DNA from: Pyrodictiaceae archaeon
GTDB lineage: Archaea > Thermoproteota > Thermoprotei_A > Sulfolobales > Pyrodictiaceae
DNA length: 64,000 nucleotides
Direction of reading: 5' to 3'
NCBI GenBank assembly: GCA_027036135.1
Contig: JALVSY010000016.1
Span: 192,001-256,000 of the forward strand
Notes under the pieces: generated by a model
What the model saw: the letters and a program-made list of their open reading frames with translations, nothing else
What the model was told of the DNA's origin: nothing
The model's database searches: none
Position numbers and translations under genes: made by a program
Shown here: positions 1 to 10,532 of the stretch, piece by piece
How positions within the stretch are numbered: the first letter of the stretch is position 1
How the letters are laid out: each line of letters begins with the position of its first letter

Positions 1-271
1 GAAACGGCATGCGCCAATTGCCAAGTACTAGGAACACGTTGCGCATAGCGAGGCTGTGGACAGGAACTTTCGTACCCTTTATGCCTAGCGCATAAGCGCT
101 ACTAGCAGAGAGAGGCTCTAGGTGAATGCTACATCCGTGAAAGGATACTGGCTTAGCCAGTTTTTCCAATGTGGCTTCCTCAAGTACCCAATTGAGTTGC
201 TCTCTTTCGATTGCATAGGATAATGCTTTTTTAACTTTTAATCCATGGCTACGTTGACCACTCACATCCAC
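1..271 (-). CDS. Hypothetical protein, 5' part (runs off the left edge), probably co-transcribed with the methyltransferase
   Basis: Manual translation: open frame from GTG at 271 (MDVSGQRSHGLKVKKALSYAIERE...) with no stop before position 1. Confidence 0.55.
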   Translation of the reverse strand, partial: MDVSGQRSHGLKVKKALSYAIEREQLNWVLEEATLEKLAKPVSFHGCSIHLEPLSASSAYALGIKGTKVPVHSLAMRNVFLVLGNWRMPF

Positions 272-326
272 CCGCACCCGTTCTGGGAGGGTTGGAGAAC
301 CGTGCTAATATCGACAGAGAATACCC

Positions 327-1730
327 CTATAGGGTTAGCTCTCGTCGTCCAATAAGCACTGTCACAGTGTTGCTGCCAGAAGTCTTGCTTCTATCACCTA
401 TTGGCTTAACGGGCATATTAATAGTTTCCTCGGCTGTAAATCTGTAGCCAGCAGACTCTATTGCGTCGATCATTAATCTAAGCTTGCGTCGTTGCTCCTC
501 GTGAAGAAAAATGGCTACTGTTGCTCCTCTACGCAGCACTAGGGCTATAGACCTAAATGCGTCATGCAGCTTACGGAGGTACTCGTTAACGCCTAGGCCT
601 CGACGGGGGTTTACGACGATCTCGTACCTATAGGCATTTAGTGCCCGTTCTCTATCCTCGCTGCGAAGAGCATCAAGCAGCCATGCCAGGTGTAAAAAGC
701 TAAGCTCATAATACTGTATCTCGTCAAAATGCGGCGGATCAGTTACGAGAGCATCGAAATACTCTCCCGGAAACATTTTGCTAACCTTACTGGCATCAGC
801 CCATAGTATAGAGGCATTATAGTCTAGCCAGCGTAGCCTAGAGGCAGATCGCTCAGTATAGACAGCCTTGGCCCCGAGGGATTCCCTGGCTACACGCATA
901 ACTCGGCTCCTAAACCTTAGAAACGGATTATACTCTGCATGGCGGCGCGGTACCCAGTAGCTATTAATAGCCCATGCGCCAGTACCGCGGCGCGCCATAC
1001 GGCTAGCATTATACGCTATAGCAGCCAAGGATAACCAAAGCAACGATCCGACAGACCCCTTTACGCTATACCCGCGCCTGCGGAGGAAACTGGCGATACC
1101 AGCCATCCCCGCTAGCATAAGGGGTGAGTAAAGCTCGTGTACATACTGGACATTCCTTCGCTTGTCGAAGTCAGCTTTATCAGAATAGCGGAGGGGCAGC
1201 CTAGGATACGGGTCTAAAACATCATCGATTAGATCGTCATAGTTAACCTCAACACTACACCCGGATATAGTGTAGACAATACACCTACGCTCGTCCTCGT
1301 CGCACTCACGGCGAAGAATAAGGCTACGAGCACCTCTACACTTAACCGAGAAGAGTTCCTTCCACCGAACCCGCTCAACCCTGCCATAACGGATCACGCG
1401 CAGCTTAACATTCTCAAAGGCCTTCCAAAAAGCACTTGTGGGCTTCCTAACTCTGCCAACAAGAACACGTGATATAAGCCAAGCGTAAAAATTAACGTCA
1501 AGCATTACAACCTTATAGCCCCAAGAGAGTAGGTGCCTACCTATGCTGCCAGCACCAGCAAAGGGATCAAGAACAAGCTCTCCACCTTTCAATAAGCCTA
1601 ATAATATGCCACGGAGACTCTCTACCGCTACACCCGCCTTGCGCCCCCAGTAGCGTATAGCAGAACGCGTTATAGCCACACCCACTAGCCCCCATGCGTG
1701 CAAGGAGCATGCTGTGGACTCTATACCCAT
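327..1730 (-). CDS. Amino (N6-adenine/N4-cytosine) DNA methyltransferase
   Basis: RYWGRK N-terminal motif, motif I LDPFAGAGS, motif IV variant TDPPHFDEIQYYELS. Confidence 0.8.
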   Translation of the reverse strand: MGIESTACSLHAWGLVGVAITRSAIRYWGRKAGVAVESLRGILLGLLKGGELVLDPFAGAGSIGRHLLSWGYKVVMLDVNFYAWLISRVLVGRVRKPTSAFWKAFENVKLRVIRYGRVERVRWKELFSVKCRGARSLILRRECDEDERRCIVYTISGCSVEVNYDDLIDDVLDPYPRLPLRYSDKADFDKRRNVQYVHELYSPLMLAGMAGIASFLRRRGYSVKGSVGSLLWLSLAAIAYNASRMARRGTGAWAINSYWVPRRHAEYNPFLRFRSRVMRVARESLGAKAVYTERSASRLRWLDYNASILWADASKVSKMFPGEYFDALVTDPPHFDEIQYYELSFLHLAWLLDALRSEDRERALNAYRYEIVVNPRRGLGVNEYLRKLHDAFRSIALVLRRGATVAIFLHEEQRRKLRLMIDAIESAGYRFTAEETINMPVKPIGDRSKTSGSNTVTVLIGRRELTL

Positions 1731-1861
1731 AGCCTAGCTACTGATAATGAACAGCTATATATGAATGCTGCATGCATGCAAAGGGTTAGATGGTAATACC
1801 GTAAAGTTGTGCCACAAAAATACGGTACATCACAGTATAATACCAGTGATACCCAGAGGGT

Positions 1862-4800
1862 ATGGCATTATCTAGGCGATATTTATTCAAACCTGGCCCG
1901 AAAAATATAGCTCAAAAAGGAGTCAACAATTTGCAACGTGTAAAAACGTTCAACAGCGATTATGACCTTGTACGTGTATACAAGGCCTTACTAAGACACG
2001 AAGTCGAACAGCTGCGGAAAAAGGCGAATTATTATCTCGACGGAAACACCGTAGACAAGATCGTATCGTCGGTCACGCAGAATGTAAAAACAATAGTCAA
2101 CCAACTCCTAGATAAAGGCCTGCTTATTCGCATAGGCGACAAGTACACAACAATGCATGCAGAACTCATCCGGAAAATAACTGACCTATCACTAAGGCCA
2201 GGAGAAATCCAAGTCTACGAGTGGCGTCTCTTGGAGCCCCGTGAAACGCCATTACCAAACTTTGCGGCATACCGATACGATGATACAGAGGGTGAAATCG
2301 CAGGCTACCTAGAGAGAAATAATGTAGATCTCGGTGTAGCTAGGAAGGCTGCAAGAGCACTTGTCAATGGACTAAAAGCTTTGGGAAGCGGGCTCTCTAG
2401 CTACCAGTATAAAATGATAAGACATGCCCTCCAGCATCAATGGCCAATAACGCTTGTACTTTCAGCGCCTACAGGCTCCGGTAAAACTCTCATATTCACC
2501 ATAATAGCGCTAGCCTATACATTAGCAAAGAAACTCACCCGTGATCCCAGAAGTAGAGAACCCTATGTCCTCCTCGTTTATCCTCGAAAAGCTCTAGCAA
2601 CAGACCAGCTATACAGACTCATAAAGTTACTATATCATGTGAATAAGGAGCTAGAAAAAGCTGGCCTAGGGGATGCTAAGATAGACGTGGGCATTCTCGA
2701 TGGAGATTCCCTACTAACAGCAACGCATGCAATAGAAGAAGGTAGAAAGTATGTCCGCGGAGTTCAGCAGATTGAGACAAGTAATGGTAATCTGGAATGT
2801 GTATACAGCACTGAAGACGACACTGTTGAATGCAAAGTTAATGGTCAGCCTCTAGGCTACAGGCTTGTAACAGACCTACGTTGCGATATGCTCAGACGAC
2901 CACCGTCAATACTAATTACAAATGTATGGATGCTAGAGGAACACATAATAAGATCTAAGTCCAACGCAAGGCTATGCAATACACAGCTAGGTATCGATGA
3001 CATATTATTCAATGCAAGGCTACTAGTACTAGACGAAGCACACGTTTATAAAGGCTTTCAGCAAGTTGCAATAGCCTCTCTAGTACATAGGTACGTAGTT
3101 GAACTTGCACGCAGAATAGTTGGTATGAGATTAGAGGAATTCAAAGCAAATAATAAGAATGCTGCAGAACTTATAGTGGGATCTCTAATTAATTCGGGAG
3201 ACTTTGCTATAATTCTAAGCTCGGCAACAATAACCACGGTAGACGAGGGTTGTCTAAGCACTAAGAATCCTGGCATTAAAGCTAAGTTTGAGAAAGACAT
3301 AGAGAATTTTGTAAGGTATACAATATCCCCCGGAGTTTACCGACTCATTGGTGACCGTAGGGCAATAGTATCTGAGAACTATGACTGCATAGAAACCAAT
3401 AGCAAAGACACAAGACTAACCATAGTATTAATTCTAGCTCCTAAGCCGGGTGTTTCAGCGTCAACACTACAGCAAGAGGTAATACTAACGACACTAGCCT
3501 GGTCAACAGCGTTTAAAGCTAAAACAAGGCGTCCAATAAAGTTCATAAGCTTCTTCGATAATAAGGATGAACTCTCGAGAGTGTACCGCTGGATAACAGA
3601 TATCATAATAAGAGAGCGCTGCGAGCACTGTGACCACCTGGCAATACCAGACTACAATAGCACACGTCCGCAGTGCGGAGTAAAACCAACGCTGCAAGCC
3701 AAGGCGGCATGGAAAAAATACATTGCATCAGTAATCGCGAAGCTAAACGTAAATATTAACAGCTTACAGCAAGTACCGAGGCTACATAATATAGCAGTAG
3801 AGGACATCATAAACGCGTTCTACAATAACCACGAATTCTGGGTAACATTTCCCCTTAACGAAAACATAAAAACAGCAGCCGACTTAGTAAGACAGATTGT
3901 CAATGTTGCTGGTGAAGTCTGCAAGGGCAGGGAGATAATAGGAGTCCACCATGGAGACCTAGATACCACAACACGGCAAGAAGTAGAACGTAAGTTCAAA
4001 AAGGGAGAGCTACTGGGCCTACTTTCAACACAAACCTTAGAGCTAGGCATAGACATAAACGACGTTGGAGTAGTAATACAGTTTAAACCACCACGTAAAG
4101 CAGAAAACTTTGTACAAAGAATTGGTAGAGCTGGCAGAAGTCGTGCAAGCTTCTATACAACACTAGGCATATTAGTCCTAAGCAGTATAGATACTGCATA
4201 CCTAATAGAAGACCATGCAAGAGAACAACTATTCCATGTCAGACCTGAGAAACCCCCCTACTCCAACTATAATATGGTGCTAGCAACTACATTACGCTAC
4301 ATACTCTACGTTCTATCAAAGTATAATGACGAAACACAACGACTATTAGCAAAGGCTATGTCACGTTATAACATAGCTATAGATAAGTTTGCTGATATAC
4401 AAAAGATACTAACAAGACGGCAAAGTCTACGTCAAGCATTAGCAGATTTACACGATATTATAGAAAGCCAAGAATTTAGGGACACCGTTGTTGATCTACT
4501 AGTGACGATGTATCAAGATAGCGACGTAACGAGAGACATGGTGCTAGGGGCCTATAACACCATACTAGCTGACATAGATAGTATATTACGAGGAGCAGAA
4601 GTAAAGGTAGAAGATGTTTACCAGATACTTGATTATCTTCGAGAAAGGGTTATAGAGCTAATTAATAAGTGCATAGAGCGAATGAAGAGTGATATAGCTA
4701 AACTTAGCAAAAAAGTCAATAAAATATATTATGTAAAAATCTTAGAGAGAGGTATTGAAGAGCAACGGCGAGCAATAAATAACCTGCTTGATGAACTCGC

Positions 4801-5032
4801 TAGAAAAATTGAGGGACTCGTTGAAAGTTGTAATAAGGCACGAATAGGCTGTGAGGATATAAACTATGTAGTTAGTAGCCTTAAGGAACTTTTAGAAACA
4901 AGTTTCGAACATCCCATACAAGTTATAGAGCACCTTGATAAGTGTAGAGAGATTAAAGTAGACGAAATAAATAAGGAGTATCCTAGTTGTAGAAAAATTT
5001 TATCGTTTGTTGAAAGTTTATGTACGTACTAA
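1862..5032 (+). CDS. SF2 DEAH-box helicase (DrmA/DpdJ/YprA-like)
   Basis: APTGSGKT, YPRKALATDQ, LDEAH, SSAT, HHGDL, STQTLELGIDI, QRIGRAGR. Confidence 0.9.
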   Translation: MALSRRYLFKPGPKNIAQKGVNNLQRVKTFNSDYDLVRVYKALLRHEVEQLRKKANYYLDGNTVDKIVSSVTQNVKTIVNQLLDKGLLIRIGDKYTTMHAELIRKITDLSLRPGEIQVYEWRLLEPRETPLPNFAAYRYDDTEGEIAGYLERNNVDLGVARKAARALVNGLKALGSGLSSYQYKMIRHALQHQWPITLVLSAPTGSGKTLIFTIIALAYTLAKKLTRDPRSREPYVLLVYPRKALATDQLYRLIKLLYHVNKELEKAGLGDAKIDVGILDGDSLLTATHAIEEGRKYVRGVQQIETSNGNLECVYSTEDDTVECKVNGQPLGYRLVTDLRCDMLRRPPSILITNVWMLEEHIIRSKSNARLCNTQLGIDDILFNARLLVLDEAHVYKGFQQVAIASLVHRYVVELARRIVGMRLEEFKANNKNAAELIVGSLINSGDFAIILSSATITTVDEGCLSTKNPGIKAKFEKDIENFVRYTISPGVYRLIGDRRAIVSENYDCIETNSKDTRLTIVLILAPKPGVSASTLQQEVILTTLAWSTAFKAKTRRPIKFISFFDNKDELSRVYRWITDIIIRERCEHCDHLAIPDYNSTRPQCGVKPTLQAKAAWKKYIASVIAKLNVNINSLQQVPRLHNIAVEDIINAFYNNHEFWVTFPLNENIKTAADLVRQIVNVAGEVCKGREIIGVHHGDLDTTTRQEVERKFKKGELLGLLSTQTLELGIDINDVGVVIQFKPPRKAENFVQRIGRAGRSRASFYTTLGILVLSSIDTAYLIEDHAREQLFHVRPEKPPYSNYNMVLATTLRYILYVLSKYNDETQRLLAKAMSRYNIAIDKFADIQKILTRRQSLRQALADLHDIIESQEFRDTVVDLLVTMYQDSDVTRDMVLGAYNTILADIDSILRGAEVKVEDVYQILDYLRERVIELINKCIERMKSDIAKLSKKVNKIYYVKILERGIEEQRRAINNLLDELARKIEGLVESCNKARIGCEDINYVVSSLKELLETSFEHPIQVIEHLDKCREIKVDEINKEYPSCRKILSFVESLCTY

Positions 5033-5048
5033 CTAAATCTAATTGTAG

Positions 5049-7451
5049 GTGAGTACGATGACTATGACAGCTCGAAGGGGAAGGAAAAAGAGACATCGTC
5101 GTGGCCAGCCTTTCCTCTATAGAGTATTGAGTGTCCTCGGTAGGCATTATAGTATTGCTGTAGACGGCAGTAAATACGTAGCTGGAAGCTATGGTTACAA
5201 CATTACGATAGAGCGTTATAAAAATCCATGGGATGGACCAAGAGAGGAGGCTGTGGTACTACTGCCAACATCGATAGTTGCACGGTATAGGCCGTTCAAC
5301 TTTATAGTAAGGGAAAATAACATTTATTTTGTACCGCCAAGGTTTTATCCGTGGCCTAACCGTGGGTTATACGTTCTAGGTGGAATTATCTCTAAAAGAG
5401 ATACAAAGATCGAAAACAACACTCTACGCATAAGGCCACGTATTGTTGTGGCTTATCTCAATAAACCTGTGCATTACATATTCTTCGGTACCCGATCGGA
5501 ACTCGAGGAATATGCGCATGAGATGCTTGTAAAGACTGCTTACGACTTAGAGCCCGTTAAGACCAGTATCGCGACGTTAAATAGGCTCTTCATGCTTAGA
5601 AGAATTAGAACATATAATGTAAACATTAACACAAATGATAATATCGCTATAATGTATATGCTCGTGAGTATAGATGAGGCTGGGCAAGCCAGACTCGCGG
5701 GTATTACAATGGTTAAGGTGGGCCCCTATCCGGGCTCTAGGCTTGTTGGCGTCATCGCTGATCGCCAAGCTCCCTATGCCACCTTAAGACTTGTAGCTGC
5801 AGGATTCACATTAGACGAACTTTCAAGCATGTTCCATGGGATCTTAGACCTTGATGACATACTGATAGATCTTTCGATATCCGGTCAAAATATAAACAGG
5901 TTGCGTAAGGAAGCATGGGCGTTAAGGATCTTAAAGGCGCTGAGGAATAGCAAGTATGTATTGAGGTTTAGCGATTTAAGAGACTATAAAGTTCAGATAG
6001 GCAGTAGTAGTGGCATGTACTTTAATGTTGAAGGAATTAGCATTAATGATCTGGGTGAGGCTTATGAAGTCGGTCATTTGCTGCGAGCAATAGATTTAGT
6101 AGCTACGCTTCACACTTTCACCGAGACTATTCGTGGTAGATCAAGTACCCTAGTTAAGGCACACTTATCGCCTAGCAATGGCAGTATCGCGGTAGACTAC
6201 GTAGATGGTGTAGATGCTATACTAAGATTCGCATCCTTTATGCTGACGTATCGAAGTAACTTCGTGGTACCACAGTTGGTTTATCCCCATGCATATATGG
6301 ATATAGCAATTAGTAGTAGCAAGGCACTAAGGTTCAGACTCGAGAATATTGACGAAAAAGTACTCACGGCAGTAGCGTTTACGGCTTCGGCAAAGAATCC
6401 AGAGTTTGCAGATATAATGGCTCTACGGCTAGCACTACAGAAACACTTTTACCCGCCAGGCTTGCAGGGCTCAGCTCCACTGCCTTGCATTAGTAAACGA
6501 AGCGAAGAACTACACGGATACGTAAACTTTCTAGACCTAGGCCTTCTGCTTGCACGGAAAATCCTATGTACACACACAACAAGCGTGAAAGACAAGAAGA
6601 GATTAGGCTGTAATCAGATTAATAACTATTATGCCCGCATTGAGAATATACTAAAGCTCGCAGAAGCGCTACGAAACGGTGATCTCGAGGAAATACGTAA
6701 TAGAATTAGCGAATGTCGTGCGAAAAGCTTCCTTAGATACAGCCTCGCCTGGAGCCTAGCCTATGCTATCCTTAAGGGTCTAGCCCAGGTTCAGGGTGGA
6801 GCATTACTAGATTCAGTAATACTTGCCTGCAGAAGAACAGGACAGGACTGTGACTCCGACTGTGAGGTACTTGTAGTTGAAGCTGGTGAGCAGGGCCTAG
6901 GCTTTATCGACGCTATTAAGGCAGACCCAAATCTACTCCTTAAAGCAGCCTCAGTAACGAAGAAAATCATAGACCAGTGTAACCCCGCAAACATGATGAA
7001 ACGAAAACAATCTACGATAAATACATTGGCTAAAACCCATAGTGAAGTACAAGAGCTTGATAAATGCTTCTATGAGTTCCTCGATGAGCTAAAGAGGATA
7101 AATATAAATAGACCGTCAATCGACATAGCTAGAGTCGCGTTCCACAAGTATCTAGAGCTTTGTAGTGATCCAAAGTACCAGCATCTATGCAGCCCAGCAT
7201 GCGTATGGACAGCTAGAAAAATAATATCACGTGAAAGTCAAGCCTCAGAATTCCTACGATCACTACTTCCCGAAATTTACGGTGCATATATACCAAGCTG
7301 TTGGGATGGCTGTCTGATCTGTATCCATGTCTCGCAAAGGGTGTTAGCCAGCGGGTTAACAAATCATGAGCAGATGATATATGTCTCGAAGACGCTAGCT
7401 CACATACTACTATCAGCGCTTTTAACTGGTAAGGGAGGCGGCAAGCAATGA
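5049..7451 (+). CDS. DUF1998/MZB zinc-domain protein (DrmB-like)
   Basis: C-terminal LAYAILKG...VVEAGEQGLG...C...SCWDGCLIC pattern; lies directly after the helicase. Confidence 0.65.
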   Translation: MSTMTMTARRGRKKRHRRGQPFLYRVLSVLGRHYSIAVDGSKYVAGSYGYNITIERYKNPWDGPREEAVVLLPTSIVARYRPFNFIVRENNIYFVPPRFYPWPNRGLYVLGGIISKRDTKIENNTLRIRPRIVVAYLNKPVHYIFFGTRSELEEYAHEMLVKTAYDLEPVKTSIATLNRLFMLRRIRTYNVNINTNDNIAIMYMLVSIDEAGQARLAGITMVKVGPYPGSRLVGVIADRQAPYATLRLVAAGFTLDELSSMFHGILDLDDILIDLSISGQNINRLRKEAWALRILKALRNSKYVLRFSDLRDYKVQIGSSSGMYFNVEGISINDLGEAYEVGHLLRAIDLVATLHTFTETIRGRSSTLVKAHLSPSNGSIAVDYVDGVDAILRFASFMLTYRSNFVVPQLVYPHAYMDIAISSSKALRFRLENIDEKVLTAVAFTASAKNPEFADIMALRLALQKHFYPPGLQGSAPLPCISKRSEELHGYVNFLDLGLLLARKILCTHTTSVKDKKRLGCNQINNYYARIENILKLAEALRNGDLEEIRNRISECRAKSFLRYSLAWSLAYAILKGLAQVQGGALLDSVILACRRTGQDCDSDCEVLVVEAGEQGLGFIDAIKADPNLLLKAASVTKKIIDQCNPANMMKRKQSTINTLAKTHSEVQELDKCFYEFLDELKRININRPSIDIARVAFHKYLELCSDPKYQHLCSPACVWTARKIISRESQASEFLRSLLPEIYGAYIPSCWDGCLICIHVSQRVLASGLTNHEQMIYVSKTLAHILLSALLTGKGGGKQ

Positions 7452-7915
7452 CAAACACCAGAATACAAAGGTACACCGGCAAAAACCTTTACACAAAACT
7501 CGTGAAAGAGCTGGAAAAAGCTAGAAAATTAATAATAGCAGTTACACCATTCATAGACCGAGATAGCGTAGACAAGCTAACAAAGTTGGCAGCAGGAGGA
7601 ACAAGAGTCTACATAGTGACCTTAAATGATCCCCGAAAAACAATGAAGACGCTACAGTACATAGCAGAAAAAGCGAGCGAAGTTCAAAACCTATGGTGCT
7701 ACGCTTTACGCAGCATACATGCAAAGATATACATAGTAGACCTCGAAAAAATGCTAACAGGCTCCGTAAACCTGGTAAAGACGGCTAATAAAAACATAGA
7801 GAACCTTGAGGTAATAGACGATCCCGATTATATAGCCATAGAAGCAGTAAAACTAATTTCAACAGTGCTACGAGAGGCAAAATCCTGCAAGGAAGCAGCC
7901 GCGGAGAAACAATAA
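7448..7915 (+). CDS. Phospholipase D-family nuclease (DrmC/DpdK-like)
   Basis: VTPFI, HAKIYIVD (HxKxxxxD), GSVNL, N-x-E. Confidence 0.85.
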   Translation: MTNTRIQRYTGKNLYTKLVKELEKARKLIIAVTPFIDRDSVDKLTKLAAGGTRVYIVTLNDPRKTMKTLQYIAEKASEVQNLWCYALRSIHAKIYIVDLEKMLTGSVNLVKTANKNIENLEVIDDPDYIAIEAVKLISTVLREAKSCKEAAAEKQ

Positions 7916-8149
7916 CGGTACCACAACTTTATATAGCATACCTTGAGAAAGCTAAATCTCGGCATGTACCGTTTTCCACTTGTCAGCTACCATATGTGGT
8001 GGGGAACAAGCAGGGTTAGTTTAACGATTATGAGACAATTCCATTATAACAGTGATAGCGTTGCATAGAGTTTATAAGGCTAATGTTCTACAATTACGTG
8101 TTTATGTCACCTAGTATAGCATAAAAACTATCTTTTCTACAACATATGT

Positions 8150-8180
8150 GATCCCGGGTTCAAATCCTGGCCGCCACCCA
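8150..8180 (+). repeat. Degenerate tRNA 3'-end fragment, probable att site closing the left island
   Basis: GATCCCGGGTTCAAATCCTGGCCGCCACCCA is a T-arm plus acceptor-like stretch with no 5' half upstream; composition appears to shift here. Confidence 0.65.
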
Positions 8181-8312
8181 GCTTCTTCCCTTACCGTCTT
8201 ACACGCTGAGATTTCTCTAGAGCTAACTTCAATTATCGGTGCCGGGGTCCTTAGCTTAGTTACTCCTACCCCTCTATATCATTATCGAGGCAATTCCTTA
8301 GCTGGGGTATCT

Positions 8313-9728
8313 GTGAAGTTAATACCACATCAGCTCCGTCGTCGAAGAGTTCTTTGCGTAAGGCAGTATTCGCGTAGCTTCTATAGCGTAGTAGATAGTT
8401 ATTACAAACTATTGGATAATCTTGGCGCTAGATATGTTTATGAATGTAGGAAGGGAGTATGCTACTCCTACATAGTTGTGAATAATAACTCCTCCGTAGC
8501 TCTTCTCGAAGCCCCAGGGCTCGTCATAGAAGAGGCGAAAAAGCCGCAGGACTGCATATCGGATAACGTGATGCCGTTACCGCTATCCGAGGCCGGGTTT
8601 CTCGATACGGGTCTAGTTGAGCCGCCGAGTGGCGAGTGTTTTGTGCTTGGCTTTGTTGGGTCGAAGAGGCTTTGCATAGAGATTGATGATGTGTGGCGAC
8701 ATATATGGGTTCTTGGATCAACTGGTTCTGGTAAGACTCATACAGCTGCTAGACTAGCTCGCTGTCTATCAGGTAAGGGATTAGGTATCCTTGTTCTCGA
8801 CTGGCATGGGGAGTATGCACGGTTGCTCAGAGAGATAGGCGTTGAGTATAAGCTGCTAAGCTATCCCTCGGCGCCGAGCCTGCCTTTAGTGAATACTGAT
8901 ATGCCCTTAGAGGTCTCGATAGATATTCTTGAGCACGTGCTTAGTCTCAGCCCGTTTCAGACATCGATACTCTCTCTTTTGCTAGCGCTAGTCTCGGGTG
9001 TACTAACGCCCGAGGAGCTTAAACGTACCGAGAACGCGCTCGGCTCAACTATGTTTAATACTATTAGTAAGGTTTTTGAGCGGAAGCCTATTAGCCGGGG
9101 AAGCAGCCTCCGCGATCTCTACACACTACTTCTCAGCGCCTACGAGGAGGTCTCGACACAGATAACGCGCTCTGAGAGGGAGATTTGGTCCGCGCTTATC
9201 CGTAGAATACAGATATTCATAACGAGTGGGTACGAGGACCTTTTCAAAGTCTATGACTCATTCCCGGACACGATAAGGGATCCGAGAGGAGTAGTAGTTG
9301 TTGACTTATCGTCGATTCGTTCCCTTAGAGCTAGGAGACTTTACGCATACTTCCTCCTCTATGGGCTCTATTTCTCAAAGCTAGGACACGCTGCTTCGCC
9401 GGGGCTTGTAGTCGTTATTGAAGAGGCCCATAACCTCCTCGACCTGGATATCGTTCCTGTAATGCTACAGGAGGCCAGGAAGTATAAACTCGGACTAATA
9501 ATAGTAACCCATACGCCATCCCTCTTACCAGTGGTTGCACAAACTAATCTAAACACGCTGATAATCCATAGGATGATGGGGGAGAAGGACAAGGAGTTCC
9601 TTAGCCACGTTATAGGTGTTAGAGAGCTAAGTGAGATAGCCTCTTCCCTAAGACCTGGCGAGGCAATAGTCTTTACTAGGCAAGGCCCCGTAATAGCCAC
9701 AATAAGGCTGGACGCCGAGTGCACATAG
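8313..9728 (+). CDS. HerA/VirB4-like (DUF87) ATPase
   Basis: HIWVLGSTGSGKT, LDWHGEY, VIEEAHN, EARKY; start moved to GTG 8313 after an SD-like GGGGT. Confidence 0.8.
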   Translation: MKLIPHQLRRRRVLCVRQYSRSFYSVVDSYYKLLDNLGARYVYECRKGVCYSYIVVNNNSSVALLEAPGLVIEEAKKPQDCISDNVMPLPLSEAGFLDTGLVEPPSGECFVLGFVGSKRLCIEIDDVWRHIWVLGSTGSGKTHTAARLARCLSGKGLGILVLDWHGEYARLLREIGVEYKLLSYPSAPSLPLVNTDMPLEVSIDILEHVLSLSPFQTSILSLLLALVSGVLTPEELKRTENALGSTMFNTISKVFERKPISRGSSLRDLYTLLLSAYEEVSTQITRSEREIWSALIRRIQIFITSGYEDLFKVYDSFPDTIRDPRGVVVVDLSSIRSLRARRLYAYFLLYGLYFSKLGHAASPGLVVVIEEAHNLLDLDIVPVMLQEARKYKLGLIIVTHTPSLLPVVAQTNLNTLIIHRMMGEKDKEFLSHVIGVRELSEIASSLRPGEAIVFTRQGPVIATIRLDAECT

Positions 9729-9808
9729 TGCCTGAGGCGTATTATCTTTAAACTAGATCTCTGCTGCTAAAGAGAGTAAGTGGAAGGAAAGAGAGTGGGT
9801 ATCCTCCC

Positions 9809-10363
9809 TTGAGCCTAGAGAACCTAACCGAGTCAAAGAAGCGGATCCTGGAACTCCTAGCCGAGAAGAAGGAGGCAGACATACAGACAATAGCAACCAC
9901 CATGGGGCTTCGCTCATCAACTGTTAGGAAGTACCTAGCAGAGCTAGAGCGCAGCGGCCTCGTAGAACGAATGGGCTCAGTTGCAAAGATAACTGAGAAA
10001 GCACTACAACTCCTTGGAGTAGAGGCAGCCAAGGCAGAGAAGCCAAGCGAGGAACAACCAGTAGAGGAGGCCGTGACGCCTAAGCCGAGCGAGCAGCTCA
10101 TAGAACCCTTCTACTTCCTAGTCAAGGGCTCAGTAGTACCACTAAAGATTAAGAGCAAGCGCCAACTAGCAGCCGCAATAGTCTATGGCCTCGTAGAGCC
10201 AGAAGAACTTAGCTACGTTCTGCGAACAGGGTACCTCACAACATGGCTCCGAACCGCTCTGAGAGAAGAGGAGCTAGCAAAGAAACTAGAGGAGCTAAAA
10301 GGCTTAGAACCACCACAACTCTACGACGAGGCCACGAAAATACTAAGAGAACACCTAGACTAG
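9809..10363 (+). CDS. Winged-helix transcriptional regulator with a DUF5752-like C-terminal domain
   Basis: N-terminal wHTH (IATTMGLRSSTVRKYLAELERSGLV); C-terminal PFYF...TWLRTALREEELAKKL. Confidence 0.7.
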   Translation: MSLENLTESKKRILELLAEKKEADIQTIATTMGLRSSTVRKYLAELERSGLVERMGSVAKITEKALQLLGVEAAKAEKPSEEQPVEEAVTPKPSEQLIEPFYFLVKGSVVPLKIKSKRQLAAAIVYGLVEPEELSYVLRTGYLTTWLRTALREEELAKKLEELKGLEPPQLYDEATKILREHLD

Positions 10364-10532
10364 GGAAGTGCACCGATAAACCGATGCCTAAAACAACATA
10401 CAGACTTTTTTAATGTGATTCATCCCAGCCTCAATGATATTCTTGTGTTAAGCAATTATCAATAAGTCTACATTCAGCGTTCTTGACGCAAGCCTCTCCA
10501 GCCCAAGGCGTGAGAACCACAGGGATCAAGGT

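Noticed and set aside
5020-5060. Possible frameshift splitting one helicase-DUF1998 gene
   Set aside because: Clean stop and a GGTGA SD before the downstream ATG; separate genes match the DrmA/DrmB layout
8148-8312. N-terminal extension of the HerA-like ORF (MIPGSNPGRHP...)
   Set aside because: It translates the tRNA fragment and intergenic DNA; a better start is GTG 8313
8313-9728. Ced DNA-import system (cedB)
   Set aside because: No adjacent CedA-like membrane genes; only a generic DUF87 ATPase is supported
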